A DNA stretch of 64,000 nt from an uncultured Gemmatimonadales bacterium (GCA_963716255.1 OY970303.1:992001-1056000), one strand, 5' to 3'; positions 10,762 to 21,265 are shown, numbered from the stretch's first letter. Notes: generated from the sequence alone by a model not told the origin. Numbers and translations are program-made.

Positions 10762-11976
10762 TCACGGGGCACCCCGCCTGAACGGCGCCGCCGCCACCCG
10801 CGCCGCGGCGAAGACGCCCCGGTGCACCCGCTGCGACTCCTTGGTGAGCAGCGGCCCGATGATCGCGAGGGTGAGCACGTAGAGCGCGGCGAACGGCTGC
10901 AGCACCGGGAGGAGCCCGCCGGCCTCGGCGAGGCTCGCCACCACGATGGAGAACTCGCCGCGCGACACGATGGTCAGCCCCACGTTGGACGACGCCGCCG
11001 GCGACAGCCCCGCCGCGCGCCCCGCCAGCAGCCCCGCCGCGTAGTTGCCGGCCAGCGTGAGCAGCACGGCCCCCAGCGCCAGCTTCCACGCGCCGCCCAG
11101 GGCGAACGGGTCGATGCTGAGGCCGAAGCTGAAGAAGAACAGCGCGCCGAAGAAGTCGCGGAAGGGGATGACCAGGTGCTCGATGCGCTCCCGGTGCTCC
11201 GTCTCCGCGAGCACCAGCCCCAGCAGCAGCGCGCCGATGGCCTCCGCCACGTGCACGGTCTCCGCGAAGCCCGCCACCAGCAGCAGCGCCGCCGCCACCA
11301 CCAGCAGGAACACCTCGCTGGAGCCGATGCGCAGCCGCCGGTTCAGGAACGGCACCGCCAGCCGCCCCAGGACGAGCACCCCGGCCATGAAGGCGAAGGC
11401 CCCCGCCGCCGAGAGCGCGACCCCGCCCAGCGAGGTGGCGCCGCTCAGCACCAGCCCCGACACCACCGACAGGTAGACGGCGAGGAACACGTCCTCGAAC
11501 ATGATGATCCCCAGGATCATCTCCGTCTCGGGGTGCGCCGTGCGCCGCAGGTCCACCAGCACCTTTGCGACGATGGCGCTGGAGGAGATGGTGGTGATCC
11601 CCGCCGCCACCAGCACCTCGCGCATGGGCCACCCCTGGAGCGCGGCGTACGCCAGCCCCAGGGTGAAGTTGATGCCGATGTAGAGCGTTCCGCCCACGGC
11701 GATGGAGCGCCCCGAGCGGACCAGCCGCCCCACCGAAAACTCCAGCCCCAGGTAGAACAGCAGGAAGAGCACGCCCAGCCGCCCCATGAAGGCGATCAGC
11801 GGCTCGCTCTCGATGAAGCGGAAGTCGAGCAGCCACACCCGCGGGGCGTGCGGGCCCACGGCCATGCCGGCCAGGATGAGGAAGGGGACGGTGGAGAAGC
11901 GCAGCCGCCACGCCAGCAGCGCGGCCCCCGCGATCAGCGCCAGCGCCAGCCCGGCCTCGAGTACGATGTGATCCAT
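10762..11976 (-). CDS. CPA2 cation:proton antiporter (KhtU-like)
   Basis: Many TM segments; LLFYLGLEFS, SSSAIVAKVL, FEDV, SRGEFSIV. Confidence 0.92.
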   Translation of the reverse strand: MDHIVLEAGLALALIAGAALLAWRLRFSTVPFLILAGMAVGPHAPRVWLLDFRFIESEPLIAFMGRLGVLFLLFYLGLEFSVGRLVRSGRSIAVGGTLYIGINFTLGLAYAALQGWPMREVLVAAGITTISSSAIVAKVLVDLRRTAHPETEMILGIIMFEDVFLAVYLSVVSGLVLSGATSLGGVALSAAGAFAFMAGVLVLGRLAVPFLNRRLRIGSSEVFLLVVAAALLLVAGFAETVHVAEAIGALLLGLVLAETEHRERIEHLVIPFRDFFGALFFFSFGLSIDPFALGGAWKLALGAVLLTLAGNYAAGLLAGRAAGLSPAASSNVGLTIVSRGEFSIVVASLAEAGGLLPVLQPFAALYVLTLAIIGPLLTKESQRVHRGVFAAARVAAAPFRRGAP

Positions 11977-12000
11977 GGATGTCCGCCGTGCGGGCGCCGG

Positions 12001-12234
12001 CTAGCGGCGGCCCGTCCCGCGCGGGGACGCCGGGGCGTCGCCGGACGCGCCGGCTTCGGGCTCGCCACCGGGCCCGCCCGGCGGCGCGGCCGGAGACCGG
12101 CTCCCCAGCCAGATGACCCAGACGAACAGCAGGCCGACCGCCACCGCCACGACGGTCCCGGCGGTGGGCAGGGCGGCGGCGAGCGCGACGGACGCCGGGC
12201 CGCCCGGCGGGGGCGGCGTGAGGACGAGATGCAT
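12001..12234 (-). CDS. Small single-TM hypothetical protein
   Basis: Hydrophobic stretch VVAVAVGLLFVWVIWL; GGAG upstream; collinear with the antiporter. Confidence 0.4.
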   Translation of the reverse strand: MHLVLTPPPPGGPASVALAAALPTAGTVVAVAVGLLFVWVIWLGSRSPAAPPGGPGGEPEAGASGDAPASPRGTGRR

Positions 12235-13020
12235 GAGGCTCCCTCCGGGAGATGGGTTCGCGTGGACCCGCCGCGCCCCGCGCATCCCCGCCCGGAAAGG
12301 GCGCGGAGCGCGAGCCGCACGGCGCGTCGTGAGCGCGGCCGCACGGGCCGCGGACGTGTCCTACGCGAGGGAGGGAGGCGGAACGCCGTTGCTGGCGGAC
12401 GAGAGGGTGCCGTCCCGGGCCGCGGCGAGCGCGCGGCCGGCCGGCGAGAGGGCAGGATGGAGGAGGAGGAGACGGAGCGCGCCCACCGGGGGCGGCAGCG
12501 CGCGAAGGGAAAGCACGGAGCGGCCGGAGGGACCGGACCCGCCCGGCCCGCCGCGGACCGGCGCGTCGCCGCGCCGCAGGACGACGCGCAGCGCCGCTCC
12601 GTCCGGCGCGAGGAAGGAGCGGGCGTCCCGCTCCGCCAGCCGCGAGACGCCCCCCGGCGGCCCCTCCACGGCGAGGCGGGCCGCCGCCTCCACCGGGCCC
12701 GCCGGGACGGCGGCCGGGCCCACCGGGGGCCGGGCCACGCCCACGCCGGCGAGCACCACGGCCAGGAGCCACCCCAACGACCGGATCCGCGCCACGCGCA
12801 GCAGCGTCGTCGGCGTCGCGGCCGGCATCCGGGAGGGTCGCGGGGAGGTGGGCATGCCTGCCCGTACCGAGCAGCGGCGCCGGGGTTCCGCCGGGTCGTC
12901 GCCCCGGGTGCGGGGCGGGCGGCCGGAGCGGACCCGGAACGGGGCAACAACGCGTTCCGGGGCAGGAACTTGCGCGCGCCGGCCGGGTTCAAGGCTCCAC
13001 ACCCGAAGAGGAGGGACCCA

Positions 13021-13539
13021 GTGACCCGCAAGCGATTCCTGGCAAGCCTGCTCGGCCTGGTCGCCGCGCCGCTCGCCGGCCGCCTGGAGGCGGACGAGCC
13101 GGACGCCGTGGACCGGCAGCAGGTCCCCAGGCTCACGAAGCCCAGGGCGGAGTGGCGCCGCCTGCTCCCGCCCGCCGCCTACGCCGTGCTGTTCGAGGAA
13201 TCCACCGAGCGGGCGGGCTCGAGCCCGCTCAACGCCGAGAAGCGCGCGGGCACCTTCGTGTGCGCCGCCTGCTTCCTCCCCGTCTTCCGCTCCGACACCA
13301 AGTTCGAGAGCGGCACGGGGTGGCCCAGCTTCTGGGCGCCCATCTCCGGGCACGTCGCCACGAAGCGCGACTTCAAGCTGATCCTGCCGCGCACCGAGTA
13401 CCACTGCGTGCGCTGCGGCGGCCACCAGGGCCACGTGTTCTCCGACGGACCCGCGCCCACCGGCAAGCGCTACTGCAACAACGGCGTCGCGCTGCGCTTC
13501 GTCCCGGCGGGCCAGTCCCTCCCGGCACTGAGGAGCTGA
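13021..13539 (+). CDS. msrB: Peptide-methionine (R)-S-oxide reductase with Tat-like signal
   Basis: CAAC, TKFESGTGWPSF, CGGHQGHVFSDGP, RYCNNG; GTG start after GAGG; N-terminus TRKRFL. Confidence 0.93.
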   Translation: MTRKRFLASLLGLVAAPLAGRLEADEPDAVDRQQVPRLTKPRAEWRRLLPPAAYAVLFEESTERAGSSPLNAEKRAGTFVCAACFLPVFRSDTKFESGTGWPSFWAPISGHVATKRDFKLILPRTEYHCVRCGGHQGHVFSDGPAPTGKRYCNNGVALRFVPAGQSLPALRS

Positions 13540-13540
13540 C

Positions 13541-14152
13541 ATGCGCGGCCACGTGATCGCGGTCGCCCTGCTGCTCGCGGCGGCGGGCTCCGGCAGCGCC
13601 GACGCCCAGACGCGGCCGAGCGTCCCCGCGGCCGCCGCGCGCGACACCGCCACCTTCGCGGGGGGCTGCTTCTGGTGCGTGGAGGAAGCCTTCGACAAGG
13701 CCGCGGGGGTGGTGGAGACCACCTCGGGCTACGCCGGCGGGCGGACGCGGAACCCCACCTACGAGCAGGTCTCCGCGGGGGGAACGGGGCACGCGGAGGT
13801 GGTACAGGTCGTGTTCGACCCTCGCAGGACCAGCTACGCGAAGCTCCTGGAAGTGTTCTGGCGCAACGTCGACCCGCTCACCCCGAACCGGCAGTTCTGC
13901 GACGAGGGCGCGCAGTACCGCTCGGCGATTTTCTACCACGACGCCGAGCAGCGGCGCCTCGCGGAGGCATCGAAGCGGGCGCTGGCCGGGCGCTTCCGGG
14001 AGCCCGTCGTCACCGAGATCAGCCCGGTGGGGGCGTTCTGGCCCGCCGAGGAGTACCACCAGGACTACTACGAAAAGAACCCGGCACGCTACCACTTCTA
14101 CAAGTTCAGCTGCGGCCGCGCCCGGCGACTTTCGCAGGTCTGGGGATCGTAG
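13541..14152 (+). CDS. msrA: Peptide-methionine (S)-S-oxide reductase with signal peptide
   Basis: FAGGCFWC, GHAEVV, QYRSAIF, AEEYHQDYY. Confidence 0.95.
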   Translation: MRGHVIAVALLLAAAGSGSADAQTRPSVPAAAARDTATFAGGCFWCVEEAFDKAAGVVETTSGYAGGRTRNPTYEQVSAGGTGHAEVVQVVFDPRRTSYAKLLEVFWRNVDPLTPNRQFCDEGAQYRSAIFYHDAEQRRLAEASKRALAGRFREPVVTEISPVGAFWPAEEYHQDYYEKNPARYHFYKFSCGRARRLSQVWGS

Positions 14153-14175
14153 CGAGGGGTTGAACAGCCGGGTTC

Positions 14176-14304
14176 GGGCGTGCCCCCGGCTGGCGCCGGG
14201 GTCGGGCTTCGGCTCCGTAACGCAGCAAACAACGCTGCGTAACGGAGTCGAGCCCGCGCAAACAGCCGCGCGGTCTCGCCCCTTCGGGCCGAAATCCCTC
14301 ACGC
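14176..14304 (-). repeat. Family A structured repeat copy 3
   Basis: Reverse-complement match; inverted partner of copy 4. Confidence 0.9.
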
Positions 14305-14488
14305 AGGCTCCGGCGTGGCCGAAGGGTCCAGCAGTGGATCACCTCGCCCGTAATGGCGCTGCACGCTGTGCGTGCAGCGCCTTGAACGCCCGGCGAACCG
14401 CGCCCCCGCCGGGATCTCCCGGCGGGGCGCGTCGTTCTCCCCATCTCCCGCTTGCGGGGGAGGGGGCCGGGGGGAGGGGGCCGCCGTC

Positions 14489-14614
14489 GCGTGAGGGATT
14501 TCGGCCCGAAGGGGCGAGACCCGGCGCAGTTTGCCGGGGCTCGACTCCGTTGGGCTGCGTTGTTTGCAGCCCTACGGAGCCGAAGCCCGACCCCGCGTCA
14601 GCGGGGGCACGCCC
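14489..14614 (+). repeat. Family A structured repeat copy 4
   Basis: Match to consensus. Confidence 0.9.
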
Positions 14615-14646
14615 GAACCCTGCCGTTCAGCCTGTCGTCGTCGGTC

Positions 14647-16290
14647 TCAATCGCACGCATTCGCCAGGCGCTTCGCGGCCGCCGCGCTCGGGTACAGCGC
14701 GTGCGCCGCACGAGCATGCTCGCAGCGCGACTCGCGGGTGCGCCGGCCGGAGCCCCGCGCCAGGCGCAGGTGGATGCGGTAGCTCCCCGGGTCCAGCCGG
14801 GCGGCGCGCTCCAGCGGCTCCCGCCCGCCGCCCTCCGCGTAGATGGACATGGCCGCCAGCTGAGCCGCGCTCTTCGCCGCGCCCGCCCCGGCGGCCAGCG
14901 CCACCAGCAGCAGCGCCGCCACGCGCGCCCCCGGCGCGGCGGCCACCGGGCGAAGGTCCTCCGGCCCCGACAGCGCGCCCAGCGCCGTCCACACCAGCAG
15001 CGCAGGCAGCGCCAGGAGGAGCACCGCGTCGAAGGCCCCCACCACCGCCACCGCCGCCAGCGTGGCGAGCAGCGTCAGCGCCACCAGCCCCTCGTCCGCG
15101 TCGCGGGCGGAGCGCATCCGCCGCCAGGCGCCCAGCGCCAGCGCCACGAACACCCCCGCCAGCAGCAGGAACGCGGGGAGGCCGCGCTCCGCCAGGAAGG
15201 CCACCCAGTCGCTGCTGGGCCAGGGGTTGGAGGTGGTCCCCGCCTCGTCCGGGGCGAGCGAAGGGTCGCGGCGGGCGGCGTGCTCCGGGTACTCCACCGG
15301 CCAGTTTCCCGGCCCCACCCCCAGCAGCGGGCTCCGCAGCGCCATCCCGGCGCTGTTGCGGTACTGGATCAGCCGGCCGCGCCCGCTCCCCTCCTGGTAG
15401 TTCACCAGCCCCTTCGCCGACTCCAGGTACGGGTTCTCGCTCTTCCAGCGAAGGCGGTTGGGCAGCAGGAGCGCGGCCGCCACCCCGCCCCCGGCCAGCA
15501 GCAGCAGCGCCAGCAGCCGCCCCAGCGTGCGGCGGTGCCGCCGCAGCGGCGGCGTCAGCGGCACGCCAAGCACCAGCACCACCGCCACCGCGGCCACCGC
15601 CAGCCATGCCGCGCGCGAGCGGGTGAGGAAGAGCGCCCCCGAGGCCAGCGCCAGCCCCGCGCCGCCCAGCAGGAACCCCGCCGGCCGGTACGCCCGCAGC
15701 GCGGCCAGGAGCACCACCGGCATCCCGAACGCCGCCAGGTGCGCCACGAAGTTGCGGTTCCCCAGCGTCCCCCCGGGCGCGCGGTTCAGCGAGAACAGCT
15801 CGGTGCGCACCCCGTACGCCTGCAGCAGCGCCGTGGCGGCGCCCAGCACCACCGCCGCGGCGAGCGCCGCCAGCAGCGGCCGGGCGAGCCCCGCCCGCGC
15901 CACCCCGTGCGCCGCCCAGAACACCCCCGCCGACGAGACGCTCACCGCGAGCGCCCGCGCGGCCGCCCACGGGTTGGTCGCGAACACCGCCGACACCGCG
16001 CCCAGCGCCAGGAACCCCAGCAGCATCGCGTCCACGCGCGTGGCCTGCACCCGGCGCGCCGCGCCCAGCGCCAGGAGCCCCGCCAGCAGCGCGGCGAGGT
16101 GTAGCACCATCTCCTTGGGGACGAAGAAGCGGTCCAGCTCGAACACCTTGTAGCGGACGGCGGCGAGGACCACCGCCAGCGCGCCGATCTGGAGGACGCG
16201 GAGCGCCAGGCGCTCGGCGCGGCGGGGCGTGGGGAGGACGGGGGCGGGGGGGACGGCCGGGGCCGTCAGCGTCGCGTCGAACGAGTTCAC
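14647..16290 (-). CDS. O-antigen ligase/Wzy_C family membrane protein with C-terminal TPR-like tail
   Basis: GTLGNRNF, TRSRAAWL, SGRGRL, PLLGVGPGNW and AERGL motifs; multi-TM. Confidence 0.82.
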   Translation of the reverse strand: MNSFDATLTAPAVPPAPVLPTPRRAERLALRVLQIGALAVVLAAVRYKVFELDRFFVPKEMVLHLAALLAGLLALGAARRVQATRVDAMLLGFLALGAVSAVFATNPWAAARALAVSVSSAGVFWAAHGVARAGLARPLLAALAAAVVLGAATALLQAYGVRTELFSLNRAPGGTLGNRNFVAHLAAFGMPVVLLAALRAYRPAGFLLGGAGLALASGALFLTRSRAAWLAVAAVAVVLVLGVPLTPPLRRHRRTLGRLLALLLLAGGGVAAALLLPNRLRWKSENPYLESAKGLVNYQEGSGRGRLIQYRNSAGMALRSPLLGVGPGNWPVEYPEHAARRDPSLAPDEAGTTSNPWPSSDWVAFLAERGLPAFLLLAGVFVALALGAWRRMRSARDADEGLVALTLLATLAAVAVVGAFDAVLLLALPALLVWTALGALSGPEDLRPVAAAPGARVAALLLVALAAGAGAAKSAAQLAAMSIYAEGGGREPLERAARLDPGSYRIHLRLARGSGRRTRESRCEHARAAHALYPSAAAAKRLANACD

Positions 16291-16378
16291 GGGGCGGGCC
16301 TTGCTCGGGGCGTGGGTGGACCCCGCTAGAATACGGCCTCCGCGCCCCGCCGTCCACCGCGCCCCGGCGGGCGCGCCC

Positions 16379-16753
16379 TCAGGGCACCCCGATCCGCTGC
16401 CGCACCTCGGCGAGCACGGTGTGCGGGTCGCAGGGCTTGGCGAGGTAGGCGTCGCACCCCGCGCGGTCCGACCGCTGCCTGTCCTCCTCCAGCGCCGCGG
16501 CGGTGAGGATCACCACCGGGATGGCGGACACCCCCGGGTCGGACTTGAGGCGCGCGGTCGCCGCCCAGCCGTCCATCACCGGGAGGCGGGCATCCATGAG
16601 GACCATGTCGGGCCGGTGGTGCGACACCGCGTCCACGCCCGCGGCCCCGTCCGCCGCCTCCAGCACGGCGTAGCCGTGGTGGCGGAGAAAGGTCACGACG
16701 ATGTCCCGCTGCTGCGGATCGTCCTCCACGACGAGCACGGTCTTCCGCGTCAT
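16379..16753 (-). CDS. Single-domain response regulator (DivK/CheY-like)
   Basis: VLVVEDD, PDMVLMD, PVMDG, GCDAYLAKP. Confidence 0.92.
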   Translation of the reverse strand: MTRKTVLVVEDDPQQRDIVVTFLRHHGYAVLEAADGAAGVDAVSHHRPDMVLMDARLPVMDGWAATARLKSDPGVSAIPVVILTAAALEEDRQRSDRAGCDAYLAKPCDPHTVLAEVRQRIGVP

Positions 16754-17005
16754 GGTCACCTCGCGAGCGGGGAGGGGTCCGGGTGCCGCCGGAAAAACAG
16801 GATGCCGCCGGCGCCCGAGGAACCCGAGTCTGCCGGCGGCCCGGCTGGCGTGGCGACGGCGTCGCGGCGGCCCCGTGGCTCCGCGCCCCGGGCTTTCGCC
16901 GGTTCTGCTCCGAGCAGCACACGTCCTGGGGCGTCCTTTCCACACCGGGGCGAATGCATCCCGAACCCTTGCAAGAAGCGTACACTCCACCGCGGCGCGG
17001 GCGTG

Positions 17006-18151
17006 CTACCCGACCGCGTCCGCCTCGCGCCGCAGCATGGCGTCCACGCGCTCCCGCAGGCGCGGATCGCCGGGTCGCCGGGCGAGGTAGAACTCCTCGT
17101 AGTACGCCTTGATGAACCCGGCCGCGGGCGCGGCGACCAGCACCCCCACCAGCCCGAAGGCCACCGCCATGGCCATGGTGACGAAGAGCAGGAACACCGG
17201 GTGCACGTTCATGGTCCCGCCCTGCACGCGCGGGGCGATCAGCGAGCCCAGCACCTCGCTCCACACCAGGAAGAACAGCGCCGTCCACGCCGCCTTCCCC
17301 GGGGAGATGGAGAGCGCCACGAGCACCGGCGGCACCGCCATGAAGTAGAAGCCGATGCGCGGCACCAGGGCGCTGAAGAACGCCAGCACGCTCCACACCA
17401 GCGCGCCGGGGATCCCCGTGTAGTACAGGAACAGGAAGGTGGGGACGGCCTTGAGCGTTCCCAGCACCACGTTGGCCTGCATCCAGCCCACCGTCGCGTC
17501 CGAGGCGCGGGCGAAGGCGCGGGCGGCCGGCGCGCGCAGGTGCGGTGGCATGGCCCGCACGTACCCCTCCAGGAACGGGCCCGGGTCGCTCACCAGGTAG
17601 ACGACGATGCTGAGCAGGAGCAGCCCCAGCAGGAGCGCGCCCAGCAGCGAGAACCCGTAGGTCCACAGGTCGCCCAGGAGCCCGATCGCCCACTCCGTCA
17701 GCCGGCTCCCCCCGTCGGCGCGGATGCGCGCCTCCAGCTGCGGGTAGTCGGCGAGGAAGACCGACGCGCGCGCCTCCAGCCCGGCGACGATGTCCGGCAC
17801 GCCGCGCACGAGCGCCGACGCCTGGTGCGCCACCGCCGGCGCCACCAGCCACCCCACCAGCGCGAGCGCCCCCAGGACTGCCAGCGTCGCCACCACGGTC
17901 GCCAGGCCGCGCCGCCACCCGCGCCGCTCCAGCCAGGTCACCGGCGCGTTGAGCGAGATGGCGAGCACGAGCGCCAGCGCAAAGAACATCAGCACGCCGC
18001 GGATGCGCAGCAGCAGCCACAGGAGGACGACCAGCGCGAAGGCGAGTAGGATGGCGCTCGTGAGCGCCGCGCCGAGGTCGCCCCCCATGCGGCGGGGTGC
18101 GGCGCCCGCGGCCTGCTCTCCGGGAGCCGCGGAGGGGCTGGGGATGTCCAC
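17006..18151 (-). CDS. AI-2E family transporter
   Basis: LNAPVTWLER, PRVQG..VHP..LF, FGLVGVLVAAP; start uncertain. Confidence 0.88.
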   Translation of the reverse strand: MDIPSPSAAPGEQAAGAAPRRMGGDLGAALTSAILLAFALVVLLWLLLRIRGVLMFFALALVLAISLNAPVTWLERRGWRRGLATVVATLAVLGALALVGWLVAPAVAHQASALVRGVPDIVAGLEARASVFLADYPQLEARIRADGGSRLTEWAIGLLGDLWTYGFSLLGALLLGLLLLSIVVYLVSDPGPFLEGYVRAMPPHLRAPAARAFARASDATVGWMQANVVLGTLKAVPTFLFLYYTGIPGALVWSVLAFFSALVPRIGFYFMAVPPVLVALSISPGKAAWTALFFLVWSEVLGSLIAPRVQGGTMNVHPVFLLFVTMAMAVAFGLVGVLVAAPAAGFIKAYYEEFYLARRPGDPRLRERVDAMLRREADAVG

Positions 18152-18318
18152 GGGACCGGGCCGGTGCGGGTGGGGAGGGACCTGCCTGCGGGACAGTTTA
18201 GGGCAGGAAGGCCCGGCGGCGACAGGGGAGCGGCGGCGCGCTCCGGCGGGCGGGATCGCGGAGGTCGCCCGCGGGAGCGGGTGGAGGCTGGCGCGCCGAG
18301 GACGCAGCGCGAGCCCCA

Positions 18319-18450
18319 CGTGAGGGATTTCGGCCCGAAGGGGCGAGACCCGGCGGGGTAGTTTCCGCCGGGTCTCGACTCCGTTGGGCTGCGTTGTTTG
18401 CAGCCCTACGGAGCCGAAGCCCGACCCCGGCGCCAGCCGGGGACACGCCC
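18319..18450 (+). repeat. Family A structured repeat copy 5
   Basis: Match to consensus. Confidence 0.9.
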
Positions 18451-18536
18451 CACCCCGCAGTCCTCGTCACTGGCACCTGCCCTGCACCGGACTACGCCCG
18501 GACGCGGCGAAACGGACACCGGCGGAGAGGTCCCGA

Positions 18537-19346
18537 ATGGAGGTCGATCGACACGACGGCACGGACGGCCCCCCGCTCGTGGTCGCGCTGGGGGAGTACG
18601 ACACCGGCTGGCACGACCCGGCGGGCTCGCTCGCCCGCGCGGCCGGGGTGGTGCGGCGCGCGGCGGCGGCGGGCGCGGAGCTGGTGGTGCTCCCGGAGAT
18701 GTGCACCACCGGCTTCACCATGGATCCGGCCGCGTGGGCGGAGACGCCGGCGGGGCCGTCGGCGGCGGGGCTCGCGGAGCTGGCGCGGCGCCACGGGGTT
18801 CACCTGCTCGCCGGGGTGGCGACGCGGGCCCCGGAGGACGGCGGCGGGGAGCGCTTCTTCAACTCGGCGCTGCTCTTCGTGCCGGACGGCGCGCCGGCGG
18901 CGGAGTACCGCAAGCAGCGGCTGTTCGCCTTCGCGGGGGAGCACGAGCGCTACGCGGCGGGGGAGGCGCCCGTGGTCGTGCGCGTGGGCGGGGTGCGGCT
19001 TGCGCCGTTCATCTGCTTCGACCTGCGCTTCCCGGAGCTGTTCCGCGCGGTGGCGCCGCGGGTGGACGCGCTGGTGCTGCTGGCGAACTGGCCGGCCGCG
19101 CGCCGCGCGCACTGGGACGTGCTGGTGCGCGCCCGCGCCATCGAGAACCAGTGCTACGTGGTGGCGGTGAACCGCTCCGGCGAGGGCGGCGGCCTGGAGT
19201 ACGACGGCGGCTCCGTGGCGTACGATCCGTGGGGGGAGCCGGTGGCGGAGCCGGCGGACGGCGGGCTGGTCGTCGCCCGGGTGGACCCCGCGGAGGTGAC
19301 GCGGGTGCGGTCGCGCTACCCGTTCGTGGAGGACCGGCGCGGCTGA
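18537..19346 (+). CDS. Nitrilase-related carbon-nitrogen hydrolase (omega-amidase-like)
   Basis: E-K-C triad: LPEMCTTG, YRKQRLF, ICFDLRFPE; ARAIENQ. Confidence 0.92.
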   Translation: MEVDRHDGTDGPPLVVALGEYDTGWHDPAGSLARAAGVVRRAAAAGAELVVLPEMCTTGFTMDPAAWAETPAGPSAAGLAELARRHGVHLLAGVATRAPEDGGGERFFNSALLFVPDGAPAAEYRKQRLFAFAGEHERYAAGEAPVVVRVGGVRLAPFICFDLRFPELFRAVAPRVDALVLLANWPAARRAHWDVLVRARAIENQCYVVAVNRSGEGGGLEYDGGSVAYDPWGEPVAEPADGGLVVARVDPAEVTRVRSRYPFVEDRRG

Positions 19347-19526
19347 GCTCCGCCCGGGACGCCTTCGCGCGGGGATGACGCCCGGGGACGGTGGAGCGGT
19401 GGTGGCGGGCAAGGTGGCGGAAGAGGCGCGGGGCGACGGGGTACGCCGGCATTGCCCGCGGGACCGCGCTCCCTACATTGCGCCGGGCAGGATCGTCCCC
19501 CCCACTTCCCCGCCCCGGAGGTCACC

Positions 19527-20021
19527 ATGCCCAGACTCGCGCTGGTTCTCGTCCTCCTCGCCGCCTGCGCCACCGTCGTACCCGACCCGCCGGCCGCACC
19601 CGCCGCTCCCGACGCACCCGCCGCCGCGGCTGCACCCGCGGCTCCCGCCGCGCCCATGGCTCCCGCCGCTCCGGCGGGCATCACGGGCGAGTACACGATG
19701 ACCATCTCGGCGGCCGACGTACCCGCCACGATGCCCGACAGCATGAAGCAGATGATGATCGGGACGTGGAACATCGGGCTCCACGAGGGCAACCACGTCC
19801 TGGTGACCTACAACGGACGGGAGGTCGTCTCGGGTCCCTACATGGTCTCGGGCAGCCAGGTGACGTTCCCCGCCAACGACACGGGGCCGTACGCCTGCCG
19901 GACCGCGGCCACGTACACCTGGCGGACGAGCGGCGACCAGCTCACGCTCACCCGCGTGCAGGACGCCTGCGACGGACGGGTGGTGGTTCTGACCAGGCAC
20001 CCGCTGATGCGGCGGGGGTAG
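19527..20021 (+). CDS. Hypothetical lipoprotein
   Basis: Lipobox LAAC after a hydrophobic leader; P/A-rich linker; small beta-rich domain with two Cys. Confidence 0.7.
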   Translation: MPRLALVLVLLAACATVVPDPPAAPAAPDAPAAAAAPAAPAAPMAPAAPAGITGEYTMTISAADVPATMPDSMKQMMIGTWNIGLHEGNHVLVTYNGREVVSGPYMVSGSQVTFPANDTGPYACRTAATYTWRTSGDQLTLTRVQDACDGRVVVLTRHPLMRRG

Positions 20022-20040
20022 CTCCTCGGCCTGAAGCACG

Positions 20041-20076
20041 AGACCCCGGCTGCCATGTGGCGGCCGGGGTCTTTTC
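20041..20076 (+). terminator. Rho-independent terminator
   Basis: agaccccggctgcca-tg-tggcggccggggtct followed by tttc. Confidence 0.75.
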
Positions 20077-20245
20077 ATGTCTTCGGAATCGCTGTCGTGA
20101 CGCGGCTCAGAGATCCAGCCCCGTGTCCAGCCCGCGGTGCACGCCCACCAGCGTGTGCACCTTCCGGATCGCGAGCAGCGCCCCGTCCACGAACGAGTGC
20201 GCGCTGCTCCCTGCGTCGTGCCGGGATGGTGAGCTTCCGCCTCCG

Positions 20246-21265
20246 TCAACTACGTGGAACGCCCCCGGGAGCCCGCGCGCCCCCGCCCTCCAGCCCCAGG
20301 TTGGCGAAGTACTGCTTCCTCCCGCCCTCCACCGCCGCGTCCGGCGCGCGGATCGCCCGCACCGACGGCGGCAGGCACGCGCGCAGCGCCTCCAGGAACG
20401 CGTCCACCAGGGGGCGCTTGAGGTAGATGCGCCGCCGCACCATCACCACCTGCCGCGTGGGCACCGGGTCCGCGAAGGGGATGATGCACGCCCCCGGGTG
20501 CTCCCCGCGCAGCTCGTCCACCGCAAGCGCCGGCAGCAGCGTGAAGCCGTCCCCCTTCTCCACCAGCCTCTTCAGCGTCTCCAGGTTGCCGCTCTCCATG
20601 CGGATCCCGTGCGTGCAGCGGCCGTGCTCCCCCTCGCGCCCCTCGCAGAGCTGGAGCGTCTGCGCGCGCAGGCAGTGCGCCTCCGACAGCAGCCAGAAGT
20701 CCTCGCGCGGCAGGTCGCGCGGCGTGACCCGCGACTTGGCGGCCAGCGGGTGGCCGCGGCTCACGTACGCCACCAGCGGCTCGTCGAAGAGCGGCTGGAA
20801 CACCAGCTCCGCCGCGTCCGAGGTGGCGATCAGCGCCGCGTCCAGCGTCTCGTTGCGGATGCGCTCCAGCAGCGTGTCCGTGAGTCCCTCCTCCAGCACC
20901 AGCTCCAGCCGCGGGTGCAGCCGCGCCAGCTCGTGCACGAAGCGGGGGAGGAGGTAGGGCCCCAGCGTGGGGAGCACCCCCACCCGCAGCTCCCCCGCCG
21001 TCTCGCCCCGCGCCTCGTCCCGCAGCTCCGGGATGCGCGCCGCCTCCCGCAGCACCACCCGCGCCTGCTCCACCACCCGCCGCCCCAGCTCCGTGGGCAC
21101 CACCGGCGTGCGCGACCGGTCGAAGAGCACCACGCCCAGCTCGCCCTCCAGCTTGCGGACCTGCATGGAAAGGGCAGGCTGCGTCACGTAGCACGCGTCC
21201 GCGGCGCGGCCGAAGTGCCCGTAGGTGTCCACGGCGACCACGTAGGTGAGCTGGGTGAGCGTCAT
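20246..21265 (-). CDS. oxyR: LysR-family peroxide sensor OxyR
   Basis: MTLTQLTY..HFGRAADACYVTQPALS HTH; HCLRAQTLQLC Cys pair; divergent from catalase. Confidence 0.88.
   Translation of the reverse strand: MTLTQLTYVVAVDTYGHFGRAADACYVTQPALSMQVRKLEGELGVVLFDRSRTPVVPTELGRRVVEQARVVLREAARIPELRDEARGETAGELRVGVLPTLGPYLLPRFVHELARLHPRLELVLEEGLTDTLLERIRNETLDAALIATSDAAELVFQPLFDEPLVAYVSRGHPLAAKSRVTPRDLPREDFWLLSEAHCLRAQTLQLCEGREGEHGRCTHGIRMESGNLETLKRLVEKGDGFTLLPALAVDELRGEHPGACIIPFADPVPTRQVVMVRRRIYLKRPLVDAFLEALRACLPPSVRAIRAPDAAVEGGRKQYFANLGLEGGGARAPGGVPRS

Noticed and set aside
12361..12856. Possible minus-strand membrane protein upstream of the antiporter
   Set aside because: One hydrophobic stretch but otherwise low-complexity; insufficient support.
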